This document shows, piece by piece, positions 40,235-53,200 of a stretch of 64,000 nucleotides of DNA (the first letter of the stretch is position 1; each line of letters starts with the position of its first letter). The notes beneath the pieces are model-generated. The model worked only from the letters and a program-made list of their open reading frames with translations, did not search any database and had not been told where the DNA came from. The stretch is from Pristiophorus japonicus. Taxonomy: Eukaryota. Position numbers and translations under genes: made by a program. The DNA lies in assembly GCF_044704955.1 (NCBI RefSeq), contig NC_092006.1, forward strand, positions 5,270,001 to 5,334,000. The letters are read 5' to 3'.

Positions 40235-40930
40235 TATCCCTGCCCCAGGAGGGTTGAACTCTGATGCTGGGACTGGCAGCTCAGGGAGGAATGCTTGTCA
40301 GCAGGTCGGTGTGAGGCTGGTGTGAAATGCCGAGCCAATTGTGGTAAGCACGCACTGTGTTTATTAATAAATGTACGATTTGGGCTGCAAAATAGTGCCG
40401 AAGCAGAAAGCTCTGTGTGGGTTTCCTGTTTTTACAGGTAAAGAGATGAAACACACACACACCATCTGTGTTACAGAAGGCACCTCGTCTCTACGCATGT
40501 TAGTTTGACCACACTTGGAGCACTGCGCACGGTTCTGGTCTCCATCTTTCAAAAGAATATAGAGGCACTGGAGCGGGTGTAAACAAGATTCAGAAAGATG
40601 ACCCCAGAACTGAGAGAGGTTATACTGATCAGGAAAGGCTCAACAGACTGGGGCACTTTCTCCAGAAAATTACATAGTATGTGCATCACAGAAACAGACC
40701 ATTCAGCCCCACCGCTCCGTGCCGGGGTTTATGCTCCACACCAGCCCCTCCCACCTCTCTCCATCTCACCCCATCCCCATATCCTTCTATTCCTTTCTCC
40801 CTCATGTGTTTATCCAGCCTCCCCTTAAATACATCGATACTATTCGCCTCAACCCCTCCCTGTGGCAGCAAGTTCCACATCTCAGCACTCTCTGGGTCAA
40901 GAAGTTTCTCCTGAATGCCCCATTGGGTTT

Positions 40931-42400
40931 ATAAGAACATAAGAAACAGGAGCAGGAGTAGGCCATTCGGCCCCTCGAGCCTGCTCTGCCATTTAGTACG
41001 ATCATGGCTGATCTGATCATGGACTCAGCTCCACTTCCCTGCCCGCCCCCTTATTCCCTTATCGTTTAAGAAACTGTCTTAAATTTATTCAATGTCCCAG
41101 CTTCCACAGCTCTCTGAGGCAGCAAATTCCACAGATTTACAACCCTCTGAGAGAAGAAATTTCTCCTCATCTCAGTTTTAAATGGGCGGCCCCTTATTCT
41201 AAGACCATGCCCCCTAGTTCTAGTCTCTCCCATCAGTGAAAACATCCTCTCTGCATCCACCTTGTCAAGCCCCCTCATAATCTTATATGTTTCGATAAGA
41301 TCACCTTTCATTCTTCTGAATTCCAATGAGTAGAGGCCCAACCTACTCAACCTTTCCTCATAAGTCAACCCCCTCATCCCCGGAATCAACTGAGTGAACC
41401 TTCTCTGAACTGCCTCCAAAGCAAGTATATCCTTTCGTAAATATGGAAACCAAAACTGCACGCAGTACTCCAGGTGTGGCCTCACCAATACCCTGTATAA
41501 CTGTAGCAAGACTTCCCTGCTTTTATACTCCATCCCCTTTGCAATAAAGGCCAAGATTCCATTGGTCTTCCTGATCACTTGCTGTACCTGCATACTATCC
41601 TTTTGTGTTTCATGCACAAGTACCCCCAGGTCCCGCTGTACTGCAGCACTTTGCAATCTTTCTCCATTTAAATAATAACTTGCTCTTTGATTTTTTTCTG
41701 CCAAAGTGCATGACTTCACACTTTCCAACATTTTGCTCCATCTGCCAAATTTTTGCCCACTCACTTAGCCTGTCTCTGTCCTTTTGCAGATTTTTTGTGT
41801 CCTCCTCACACATTGCTTTTCCTCCCATCTTTGTATCATCAGCAAACTTGGCTACGTTACACTCAGTCCCTTCTTCCAAGTCATCAATCTAGATTCCAAG
41901 TCGCCAATACAACACTGATCCCTGCGGCACCCCCCCTAGATACAGATTGCCAATCTGAGAATGAACCATTTATCCCGACTCTCTGTTTTCTGTTTGTTAG
42001 CCAATCCTCTATCCATGCTAATATATTGCCCCCAACCCCGTAAACTTTTATCTTGTGCAGTAACCTTTCATGTGGCACCTTGTCAAATGCCTTCTGGAAG
42101 TCCAAATACACCACATCCACTGGTTCCCCTTTATCCATCTTGTTCATTACATCCTAAAAGAATTCCAGCAAATTTGTCAAACATGACTTCCCCTTCATAA
42201 ATCCATGCTGACTCTGCCTGACCCAATTTTGCTTTTCCAAATGTCCTGCTACTGCTTCTTTAATAATGCACTCCAACATTTTCCCAACCACAGATGTTAG
42301 GCTAACTGGTCTATAGTTTCCTGCTTTTTGTCTGCCTCCTTTTTTAAATAGGGGCGTTACATTTGAAGTTTTCCAATCTGCTGGGACCTCTGCAGAATCC
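40931..42400 (-). mobile_element. CR1 RT fragment, left arm only
   Basis: NYRPVSLTS, LDFQKAFDKV and FADD peptides. Confidence 0.92.
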
Positions 42401-44715
42401 ATTTATGAGTGACTGTCTTATATCGATGGCCCCCTCGTTCTGGTCTTCTCCCTCAAGTTGGAAGCATCTCTATTGTGAGGCAGAAGTGGATATGATCCAT
42501 TCAGACTTCCCTATAATGGTGGTGAGCACATATTTGAGGTATGGAGAACCCAGATGCAATGAAAATGGGTTAAGAATGTAAAAAAACACAAGATAAGGCC
42601 CGAGGACTGTGCAAGAAACAGACCTGGGAAACATAGACATAGAAACACAGAAAATAGGTGCAGGAGCAGGCCATTCGACCCTTCGAGCCTGCACCACCAT
42701 TCAATATGATCATGGCTGATCATGCAACTTCAGTACCCCATTCCTGCTTTCTCTCCATACTCCCTTGATCCCTTTAGCCGTAAGGGCCACATCTAACTCC
42801 TTTTTGAATATATCCAACGAACTGGCCTCAACAACTTTCTGTGGTAGAGAATTCCACAGGTTCACAATTCTCTGAGTGAAGAAGTTTCTCCTCATCTCGG
42901 TCCTAAATGGCTTATCCCTTATCCTTAGACTGTGACCCCTGGTTCTGGACTTCCCCAACATCGGGAATATTCTTCCTGCATCTAGAATTGGCTTCGAAAA
43001 GGCGGATCCCAAACAATAGTGAGAGTTAATAACTAACTTTACTGCATGCATTTCTGTTCGAACTATAAACGAGGTCAGGTGTAATCGAATAAACAGGGCT
43101 CGACGATTTCTGGAGACTGGGGCAAACCGGGTTCAACTGGGTGCTGTCTGTAATACACGTGTCTTAATTTCCAGAATTATCCAGATAACCAATTATTCAC
43201 ACGAGTGAATCTAGGTAAATAAGATTAACTCGCAGCACAACTCATTGCAAAATCCGTCGTCCCCTTTGAGGATTGATGGAACTTTATGTCAGAATATATG
43301 GGTTTAAAAAGAACAAGTTATGCCAGAAAGCAGCAGTAAGGGTGTGTTACCAGCTATAATCCGCAAACTCTGTATAAAACGTTGAGGGGGCTTGGAACCA
43401 GAAAAGCCAGCGTGTTGCAGACAATGTGCTGTCCCAGTATGGAGATCTGTGCTCCAATTTATTCTGTCCCAGGCCTCAAAACAGCAAATGTGCGGTTTGG
43501 TCACTCCTGGGAATCGCCACTTCTATCATCGCGGCATCCCCACCGACACCTGGGAGTCCCTGTGGCCAAAGACCAGTGGAGGAAGTGCATCCGGGAGAGC
43601 GCTGAGCACCTCGAGTCTGGTCGCCGAGAGCGTGCAGAAACCAAGCGCAGGCAGCGGAAGGAGCGTGCGGCAAACCTGTCCCACCCTCCCCTTACCCTCA
43701 ACCACTGTCTGTCCCACCCGTGACAGGGGACTGTGGCTCTCGTATTGGACTGTTCGGCCACCGAAGGACTCATGCTAAGAGTGGAAGCGAGTCTTCCTCG
43801 ATTCCGAGGGTCTGCCGACGATGATGATTATATTGTAGGACAGCTCTGTCTTCTACGTCAATGTGTATGCGCGTCGTGCACAACGGTTGATTCACATCCG
43901 AATCATTAAAAGATTTGTTTGCCAGTGATATCAAGGGCTTTTATTTTGCACTGGAAGTTGAGAATAAATGGACCTGAAACGGGAAGTTCTACTGACAGCA
44001 CTGCGGTATAGCGCCGGCTAGCGATGAAATTGATGTTGTGCAACCCCCCCCCAAAGGCCAGTTATCGCACTCAGTACCCCAGGGTGAGAGGTTCCTTGGG
44101 TATTTGACGATCCGGACATTTCTTTGGCCAGTACCGCGCGGACCCACTAATTCAAGAGGACTGGCGGGTCAGTGCTCAGTTGAAATCTGATAACCCCCAC
44201 ACAACAGAGAAATGCAGTTCATTGCAGGGGTCCCGCAAATAACCCATCTTTTAGCACCAGGAGGAGGCCATTCAGCCCCTCGAGCCTGCGGTTCCATTCA
44301 GTTAGCTCATGGGCTGATCTGTATCTTAACCCCATCCACCTGCCTTGGTCCCGTAACCCTGAATACCCTTACCCAACAAATAGCTATCCATCTTAGTTTT
44401 GACATTTTACAATTGCCCCCTCGCGCCCCCCCCCAGCCTCGACAGCTTTCTGAGGGAGAGAGTTCCACATTGCCACTACCCTTTGTGTGAAGAAGGGCTT
44501 CCTGACATCAACCCTCAATGGCCTGGCTCTAATTTTAAGGTGACATCCCCTTGTTCTGGACTCCCCCCACCAAGAGGCCATAGTTTCTCTCAATCTACCC
44601 CCTCAACTCCTTCAATCATCTTAAATACTTCAAATAGATCATTCCTTGATCTTCTATATTCAAGAGAATTCAAGCCTCGTCCATGCAAACGGTCCTCACA
44701 ATTGAACTCTTTCCC

Positions 44716-45380
44716 ATAGTGTCAGCTGTGGTTGTGGGTAGCACACTCGTCTCAGAGTCAGAAGGTCATCGGTTCAAGTCCCACTCCAGGAACTTGAGCA
44801 TATAAATCCAGGATGGCACTCCCAGTGCAGTGCTGAGGGAGCGCCGCACTGTCGGAGGGGCGGTGCTGAGGGAGCGCCGCACTGTCGGAGGGGCGGTGCT
44901 GAGGGAGCGCCGCACTGTCGGAGGGGCGGTGCTGAGGGAGCGCCGCACTGTCGGAGGGGCAGTGCTGAGGGCGCGCCGCACTGTCGGAGGGTCCGTACTG
45001 AGGGAGTGCCGCATTGTCATAGGGACGATACTGAGGGAGCGCCGCACTGTCGGAGGTGCTGTCTTTCAGATGAGACATTTAAACCGAGGCCCTGTCTGCC
45101 CTCTCAAGTGGATGTAAAAGATCCCATGGCACTATTTCGAAGAAGAGTAGGGGAGTTATCTCTGGTTCTTGGCCAATATTTATCCCTCAATCTACAAAGC
45201 AGATGATCTGGGTCATTATCACATTGCTGTGTGTGGGAGCTTGCTGTGCGCAAATTCTGCTGCCGCGTTTCTCACATTACAACAGTAACTATACTCCAAA
45301 AGTACTTCATTGCTGTAAAGCGCAGTTTGAGACATCCAGTGGTCATGAAAGGCGCTCTATAACTGCAATGGTTTTCTTCT
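44716..45380 (+). mobile_element. tRNA-headed SINE with 33-bp internal repeats
   Basis: ggttcaagtcccactcc B-box at ~44771; same body and tail as 16855-17732. Confidence 0.75.
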
Positions 45381-47217
45381 TTCTAGCCCCTGCATAATGT
45401 ATCTGTTTAAGTCTCAAATGAGGTACTGTATACTGGGATTACTCCAACCCCGGTAGATTTCTCTATTTGAACTAACCGGAACTACGCGTGAGTTGGATAA
45501 AATTTACCAAAGATATTTGATAGCATTCCATTGCTACCACAAGTCACACACCACCTCGGGATTTCCGGATCTGCTTTACAGCCAACGGAGCAACATTTTC
45601 AAGTGTGGTCACTGGTGCAATGTCGGGACACGCGGCCAATTTCCGCACAGCAAGCTCCCACAAACTCACGCTTACCAAAAGAAAATCACTAAACTGGCTG
45701 TAAAGCGCGTTGGGACGTCCTGATGTCGTGAAAGGCACTATATAAATTCCCTAAATTAAGAAGTGTGGGTTATAGACAGGCCCCAGTCTCTAGAACTTGT
45801 CGGTCCCTGTTTACCGATTACACCTAGTTCGAACAGAAATGCACACAGTAAAGTTAGTTATTTATTCTCAATATTGTTTCCGATCCTCCTTTTTCTAAGA
45901 GGAGCCAATTCTAGTTCTCGGGTCTGTTTCTTGCACAGTCCTCGGGCCTTATCTTGTGTGTTTTTACATTCTTAACACGTCTACATTACATCTGACTTCT
46001 CCATACCTCAAATATGTGCTCACCCCCCACCCCGTTATAGAGAAGGCTGTATGGATCCTATCCACTACCGTCTCACAATAGAGATGTTTCCACTTGTGGG
46101 AGAGCCTAGATCTAGGGGGCCATCACTATACGACAGTCACCCATAAATCCAATGGGGAATTCAGGAGAAACTTCATCACCCAGAAAATGGGGAGAATGTG
46201 GAACTCGCTGCCAAAGGGAGGGGTTGAAACATAGAATCATAGAAAATAGGTGCAGGAACAGGCCATTCGGCCCTTTGAACCTGCACCACCATTCAATATG
46301 ATCATGGCTGATCATGCAACTTCAGTACCCCATTCCTGCTTTCTCTCCATACCCCCTTGATCCCTTCAGCCGTAAGGACCACATCTAACTCCCTTTTGAA
46401 TATATCCAACGAACTGGCCTCAACAACTCTCTGCAGGAGAGACTTCCACAGGTTCACAATTCTCTGAGTGAAGATGTTTCTCCTCATCTCGGTCCTAGAT
46501 GGCTTACCCCTTATCCTGAGAGTGTGACCCCTGGTTCTGGACTTCCCCAACATCGGGAACATTCTTCCTGCATCTACCCGGTCCAATCCCGGCAGAATCT
46601 GAGGCGAATAGTATCGATGCATTTAAGGGGAGGCTGGATCAACACATGAGGGAGAAAGGAATAGAAGGATATGGGGATGGGGTGAGATGGAGAGTGGTGG
46701 GAGGGGCTGGTGTGGAGCATAAACCCCGGCACGGAGCGGTGGGGCTGAATGATCTGTTTCTGTGATGTACATTCTCTCTAATTTTCGAGAGAAAAGTGCC
46801 CCAGTCTGTTGAGCCTTTCCTGATCAGTATAACCTCTCTCAATTCTGGTGTCATCTTTCTGAATCTTGTTTACACCCGCTCCAGTGCCTCTATATTCTTT
46901 TGAAAGATGGAGACCAGAACCGTGCGCAGTGCTCCAAGTGTGGTCAAACTAACATGCGTAGAGACGAGGTGCCTTCTGTAACACAGATGGTGTGTGTGTG
47001 TTTTATCTCTTTACCTGTAAAAACAGGAAACCCACACAGAGCTTTCTGCCTTGGCACTATTTTGCAGCCCAAATCGTACATTTATTAATAAACACAGTGC
47101 GTGCTTACCACAATTGGCTCGGCATTTCACACCAGCCTCGCACCGACCTGCTGACAAGCATTCCTCCCTGAGCTGCCAGTCCCAGCATCAGAGTTCAACC
47201 CTCCTGGGGCAGTGATA

Positions 47218-50200
47218 ATGAGCTTCTGTGGCCTCTGTGTGCTGTTCCATCTCTTCCAAGGTGAGATAGCCTTCGATGTTTTGCCAGAGTGGGGAAGGGG
47301 TTAGGAGAGAGTCAACCAAGGGAAGGGTTTTGGAGCGAATTAATAAGGAAAAGGGTTTTGGAGAGAATTAATAAGGTGAAGGGTTTTGGAGGGAATTAAT
47401 AAGGAGAAGGGTTTTGGATAGAATTAATGAGGAGAAGGGTTTTGGAGAGAATTAAAAAGGAGAAGGGTTTTGGAGGGAATTAATAAGGAGAAGGGTTTTG
47501 GAGAGAATTAAAAAGGAGAAGGGTTTTGGAGGGAATTAATAAGGAGAAGGGTTTTGGATAGAATTAATAAGGAGAAGGGTTTTGGAGAGAATTAAAAAGG
47601 AGAAGGGTTTTGGAGGGAATTAATAAGGAGAAGGGTTTTGGATAGAATTAATGAGGAGAAGGGTTTTGGAGAGAATTAATAAGGAGAAGGGTTTTGGATA
47701 CAATTAATCAGGAGAAGGGTTTTGGATAGATTTAATAATGAGAAGGGTTTTGGATAGAATTAATAAGGAGAAGGGTTTTGGAGAGAATTAATAAGGAGAA
47801 GAGTTTGGATAGATTTAATAATGAGAAAGGTTTTGGATAGAATTAATAAGGAGAAGGGTTTTGGAGAGAATTAATAAGGAGCAGGGTTTTGGAGAGAATT
47901 AATAACGAGAAGGGTTTTGGAGAGAATTAATAAGGAGAAGGGTTTTGAATAGATTTAATAATGAGAAGGGTTTTGGATAGAATTAATAATGAGAAGGGTT
48001 TTGGATAGAATTAATAATGAGAAGAGTTTGGATAGATTTAATAATGAGAAAGGTTTTGGATAGAATTAATAAGGAGAAGGGTTTTGGAGAGAATTAATAA
48101 GGAGAAGGGTTTTGGATACAATTAATAAGGAGAAGGGTTTTGGATACAATTAATAAGGAGAAGGGTTTTGGATAGAATTAATAAGGAGACGAGTTTGGAT
48201 AGATTTAATAATGAGAAAGGTTTTGGATAGAATTAATAAGGAGAAGGGTTTTGGATACAATTAATAAGGAGAAGGGTTTTGGATAGATTTAATAATGAGA
48301 AGGGTTTTGGATAGAATTAATAAGGAGAAGGGTTTTGGAGAGAATTAATAAGGAGAAGGGTTTTGGAGAGAATTAATAAGGAGAAGGGTTTTGAATAGAT
48401 TTAATAATGAGAAGGGTTTTGGATAGAATTAATAAGGAGAAGGGTTTTGGATAGAATTAATAAGGAGAAGGGTTTTGGAGAGAATTAATAAGGAGAAGGG
48501 TTTTGGATAGAATTAATCAGGAGAAGGTTTTGGAGAGAATTAATAAGGAGAAGGGTTTTGGAGAGAATTAATGAGGGGAAGGTTTTGGAGAGAGTTAATA
48601 AGGAGGAGGGTTTTGGAAAGCATTAATAAGGAGAAGGGATTTGGAGAGAATTAATAAGGAGAAGGGTTTTGGATAGAATTAATAATGAGAAGGTGTTTTG
48701 GATAGAATTAATAATGAGAACGGTTTTGGATAGAATTAATAAGGAGAAGGGTTTTGGAGAGAATTAATAAGGAGAAGGGTTTTGGATAGATTTAATAATG
48801 AGAAGGGTTTTGGATAGAATTAATAATGAGAAGGGTTTTGGAGAGAATTAATAAGGAGAAGGTGTTTTGGATAGAATTAATAATGAGAACGGTTTTGGTT
48901 AGAATTAATAAGGAGAAGGGTTTTGGAAAGAATTAATAAGGAGAAGGGTTTTGGAGAGAATTAATAATGAGAACGGTTTTGGATAGAATTAATAATGAGA
49001 AGGGTTTTGGATAGAATTAATAAGGAGAAGGATTTTGGAAAGAATTAATAAGGAGAAGGGTTTTGGATAGATTTAATAAGGAGAAGGGTTTTGGATAGAT
49101 TTAATAAGGAGAAGGGTTTTGGATAGAATTAATAATGAGAAGGGTTTTGGATAGAATTAATAAGGAGACGGGTTTTGGATAGAATTAATAAGGAGAAGGT
49201 TTCCGATCGAGTAAAGAAGGAGAGATTGTTTCCAGTGGGAGGAGGGTGGGTAAGCAGAGGACACATGTTTGAGATAATCGGTAACAGAACCAGAGGGGGA
49301 GTTCAGGACGTGATTTCAAGCCCTGGGAGCTTGTGCTCGGGAACGCGCTGCCTGAAAGGGGCACTGGGAGCAGATGAAAAAGTGACTTTCAAACGGGGGA
49401 ATTGGATAAATATTTGGAAAGGAGGCAATATGCCGGGCTGTGGGGAAAGAGCAGGGGCGGAGTGGGAATGATTGAGTCGCTCTGTCACAGAGCCGGCACA
49501 ACACAGGTTTGATGGGCCGAATGGCCTCCTGTGTTGCATCGTTCGATGATACACAAGTTTGCGTTTAACTATAATTTTTTTAAGAAGCAGCTTAGATATT
49601 GGGCAAAGTATAAAGGTGTGCGGGCTTCGCTCAATACCGATCGCGCGACTTTGGAGCCGAACATTGTGATGGGTGAGTGGAAGCGAATGTGACACTGAAC
49701 TGCCCCCTAACTGAGATAAAGATGTCAGTGAACTCCGGTATTTGAAGGCGAGGGTCTGCCGTTGGGAGAGGGGGGCCTGTCTAGTGGAATTAGTGAGAAA
49801 GCTATCGCCCCATTTTAACATAATCAAGCGCCCCCCGGTCCCCAACCCCTGGAGAGATGGATTGGAGAGCCGGGTTAGACCAGGGGGAAGCATAATCGGT
49901 TTGGGAGAAGGCTTTTGCAATCTTAACTGCAGCCAGTCGCCATGGTGCTCGCCAATGATTGGAGCGGATTTCACAGCGAACGGACTCGGACTGTGCGCCT
50001 GTGGGAATTGCGGGCGGAGAGGCGCAATTTAACGGTGCGCAGCGCGGCGGAATGTCCCACACGCGCTCCCGACGCGCCAGTGGAGGGGAATTTGAGATGT
50101 GTCGGTATCCAGGGTGACTCGGGGGCCTATAACCTGTTGTTAATATTGTGTTTTTTTAATTTTTGTGTCCCCCCCCCCCCCCCCCCCGCAACCTTGTCTC

Positions 50201-53200
50201 AGCTGTCGTGTCTCAGGCGGTCTTGAGCCAATTTCCGGCGCTGCTAACGGCCGATGTCGGGAGCCTGGTCAAACTGCAATGCCAGTCCGGGAGGCTGGCC
50301 CCGGGCATCGTTTACTGGTACACACACTGGCCCCGAGAGGGCATGCGGCTCGTTTACAAAACCGGACGGTTCGTGACGCCCGGGGGAAGATTTTCCGGCG
50401 AGGTATGCAAGCAATCGGGGAATTATTCGCTGGTCATTGACAACGTCCAGAGGAACGATTCTGGGCGGTATTACTGCGCTGCTCCAAACGCCGGGAATCG
50501 GACCCTGATATTCGGGACTGGCACCACGCTGGTGATCACAGGTAATCCCACACGCCCATCCAATTGTGCGTCGAGACACCAATTCAAACCTGCCTTGTGC
50601 GCCTGGTTAATTCCAATTTCCCTTCCATCTAGCGGGCCCCCCGGTCCTCTTCCTCTTAACGCCGCCGCCGGCTGAGATTCCCCGGCTGGAGAGGGTGCCC
50701 TTGATGTGTCTGGTGCGGGGCGCTGCTCCCGACTCCTCCCCCATCCGCTGGCTGGTTGCGGGACGGGCCGCCGAGGGACGGAGCGAGCCCGGGACGCTGG
50801 AGCCGGACGGGAGCTATACCGCCAGAAGCGTCCTGAGCGTTTCGGCCGAAACCTGGCGCAGCGGCGCCGTCTGCACTTGCACCGTTCCGATCAACGCCAC
50901 CGGGGATCTCCTGAGTGAAAGCGTCGCGTCTCCGGGAGGTAACTGGAGCTACTGGCGGTTTGCCAAAGAGTTAGTGATAATAATGTTCATTATAGTATTG
51001 CTGGGATGTGAGGGTTTTTTTTGCACGAGAGATTGTGTAGAATGGGCCTATGTTCTCTGGAGTTTCGTATAAGATTATGAGGGGGCTTGACAAGGTGGAT
51101 GCAGAGAGGATGTTTCCACTGATGGGGGAGTCTAGAACTAGAGGGCATAATCTCAGAATAAGGGGCCGCCCATTTAAAACTGAGATGAGGAGGAATTTCT
51201 TCTCTGAGGGTTGTAAATCTGTGGAATTCGCTGCCTCAGAGAGCTGTGGAAGCCGGGACATTGAGTAAATTTACGATAGAAATAGACAGTTTCTTAACTG
51301 ATAAGTAACTAAGGGGTTATGGGGAGCGGGCAGGGAAGTGGAGCTGAGTCCATGATCGGATCAGCCATGATCGTATTGAATGGCGGAGCAGGCTCGAGGG
51401 GCCGAATGGCCGACTCCTGCTCCTATTTCTTATGTTCTTATGGAGTTTCGAAGAAGGAGAGGTGATCTCATTGAAACGTACAAGACTCTGAGGGGGATTG
51501 ACAGGGTGGATGCAGGGAGGGTGTTTCCCCCCGGGGCTGGGGAGTCTAGAACCAGGGGTCACACAGTCTCAGGGTAAGGGGTTGGCCATTTAAGACTAAG
51601 ATGGGGAGAACGTTCTTCACTTGCGATTTACTACGTTACAGGCGCTATATAAATATAAGTTGTTGTATATTGGGAGCACTAGTATGGAAAAGTAGTATTT
51701 TATAAATGACATGAGTTTGGAAAACAGCGAGACAGAGAGAGACCATATACACAAACCTGTAAATGTGGGAAGGGCAGGTTGGCGAGCTGGTTAAACTGGC
51801 TTACGGGGTACTTGAATTTATATAAGGAGATATTAGAACAGTTGACCAAAAGCTTGGTCAAAGAGGGAGGTTTTACAGAAGGAGGAGAGGCGGAGAGGTT
51901 TAGGGAGAGAGTTCCAGAGCTTGGGGCCCCAGGCAGCTGAAGGCACGGCCACCAATGGTGGAGCGATAGAAATCGGGGGGAATGCTCAAGAGGCCAGGAT
52001 TGGAAGAGCACAGAGATCACAGCCACTTACGTTGAGACAGTTCATAGTTCGTCACCATGTCTTTGATGATTCGGGCCAAAAACCAGCTTCAAACCCTCAG
52101 CGGACGAGGTTTCAGAATTTGACTGAATTATTTTGTGTTTCGCTCATTTCACAAGAGTTGTCTTTCTGCCGTTCAGAGCCCCTTCACAGCTCGACCTGCC
52201 GCTTCGCGCTTTATGCCAGCCTGGCGATGGCTCCTCTTGTGATGGGGTTGATCGGTGTCGCGGTGGCACGGCGTGGCAAGACTCGCCAACCAGGTACTGC
52301 CCGTCTGAGCCAAACCCTCAATTTCGCCTTTAGCTGAACCTCTCCCTTTGGCGTGCCGGCCTGGACATTAACGCCAGTCATCTTCTTAAACCTAGAGAGT
52401 GCAGCCACGACTGACCGAGGTACCGCTTCAAGAATAAAGAAAGCAGAAGAGGAGGTAGGTGCCACAAAGATGGGAGATGTTATTTTCATTAAAGAGCGGG
52501 GGGCGGGACTAATTGGATCATGCTTTCAAAGAGCCGACACAAGCTCGAAGGGCCAACTAGCCTCCTTCTGTGCTGTAAGATTCTATACTGGTGTCAAGTG
52601 TTTCATTGGTGTCCATGGACATGTCCGTTGTCAGTAACTTCAATGAGACATTCACATTAATACACTTGTGCCTCTCTCAGAAACAACCCAAAGCTATTCA
52701 CCTGCAATGAATTGCATAAGAACATAAGAACATAAGAATTAGGAACAGGAGTAGGCCATCTAGCCCCTCAAGCCTGCTCCGCCATTCAACAAGACCATGG
52801 CTGATCTGGCCGTGGACTCAGCTCCACTTACCCGCCCGCTCCCGTAACCCTTAATTCCCTTATTGGTTAAAAATCTATCTATCTGTGACTTGAATGCATT
52901 CAATGAGCTAGCCTCAACTGCTTCCTTGGGCAGAGAATTCCACAGATTCACAACCCTCTGGGAGAAGAAATTCCTTCTCAACTCGGTTTTAAATTGGCTC
53001 CCCCGTATTTTGAGGCTGTGCCCCCTAGTTCTAGTCTCCCCGACCAGTGGAAACAAACTCTCTGCCTCTATCTTGTCTATCCCTTTCATTATTTTAAATG
53101 TTTCTAGAAGATCACCCCTCATCCTTCTGAACTCCAACGAGTAAAGACCCAGTCTACTCAATCTATCATCATAAGGTAACCCCCTCATCTCCGGAATCAG

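Larger units (their letters stand above)
35285..50945. repeat. Large inverted duplication: left arm ~35285-43130, right arm ~45780-50945
   Basis: Reverse-complement match by eye across C1, V, intron 1, the minisatellite, leader and upstream DNA; mirrored ORF pairs in the track (e.g. 40364-/46900+, 36162-/49742+). Confidence 0.93.

Noticed and set aside
44716-44790. tRNA gene
   Set aside because: tRNA-derived SINE head continuing into SINE body and tail; no complete cloverleaf evident.
47093-47131. CACAGTG heptamer upstream of the D leader (mirrored in C; another inside the B V exon near 25225)
   Set aside because: No ACAAAAACC-like nonamer at 12 or 23 bp, and the position is wrong for an RSS.
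49303-50226. GC-rich intronic ORFs upstream of the V exon (mirrored at 36009-36867)
   Set aside because: No recognisable motifs; they recur only because of the inverted duplication and differ in stop positions between arms.
25047-50541. A rearranging TCR or IgL locus
   Set aside because: V and J are fused in single exons, each with its own C, TM and Tyr-motif tail; no heptamer-spacer-nonamer was seen at the V ends and no free J segments.
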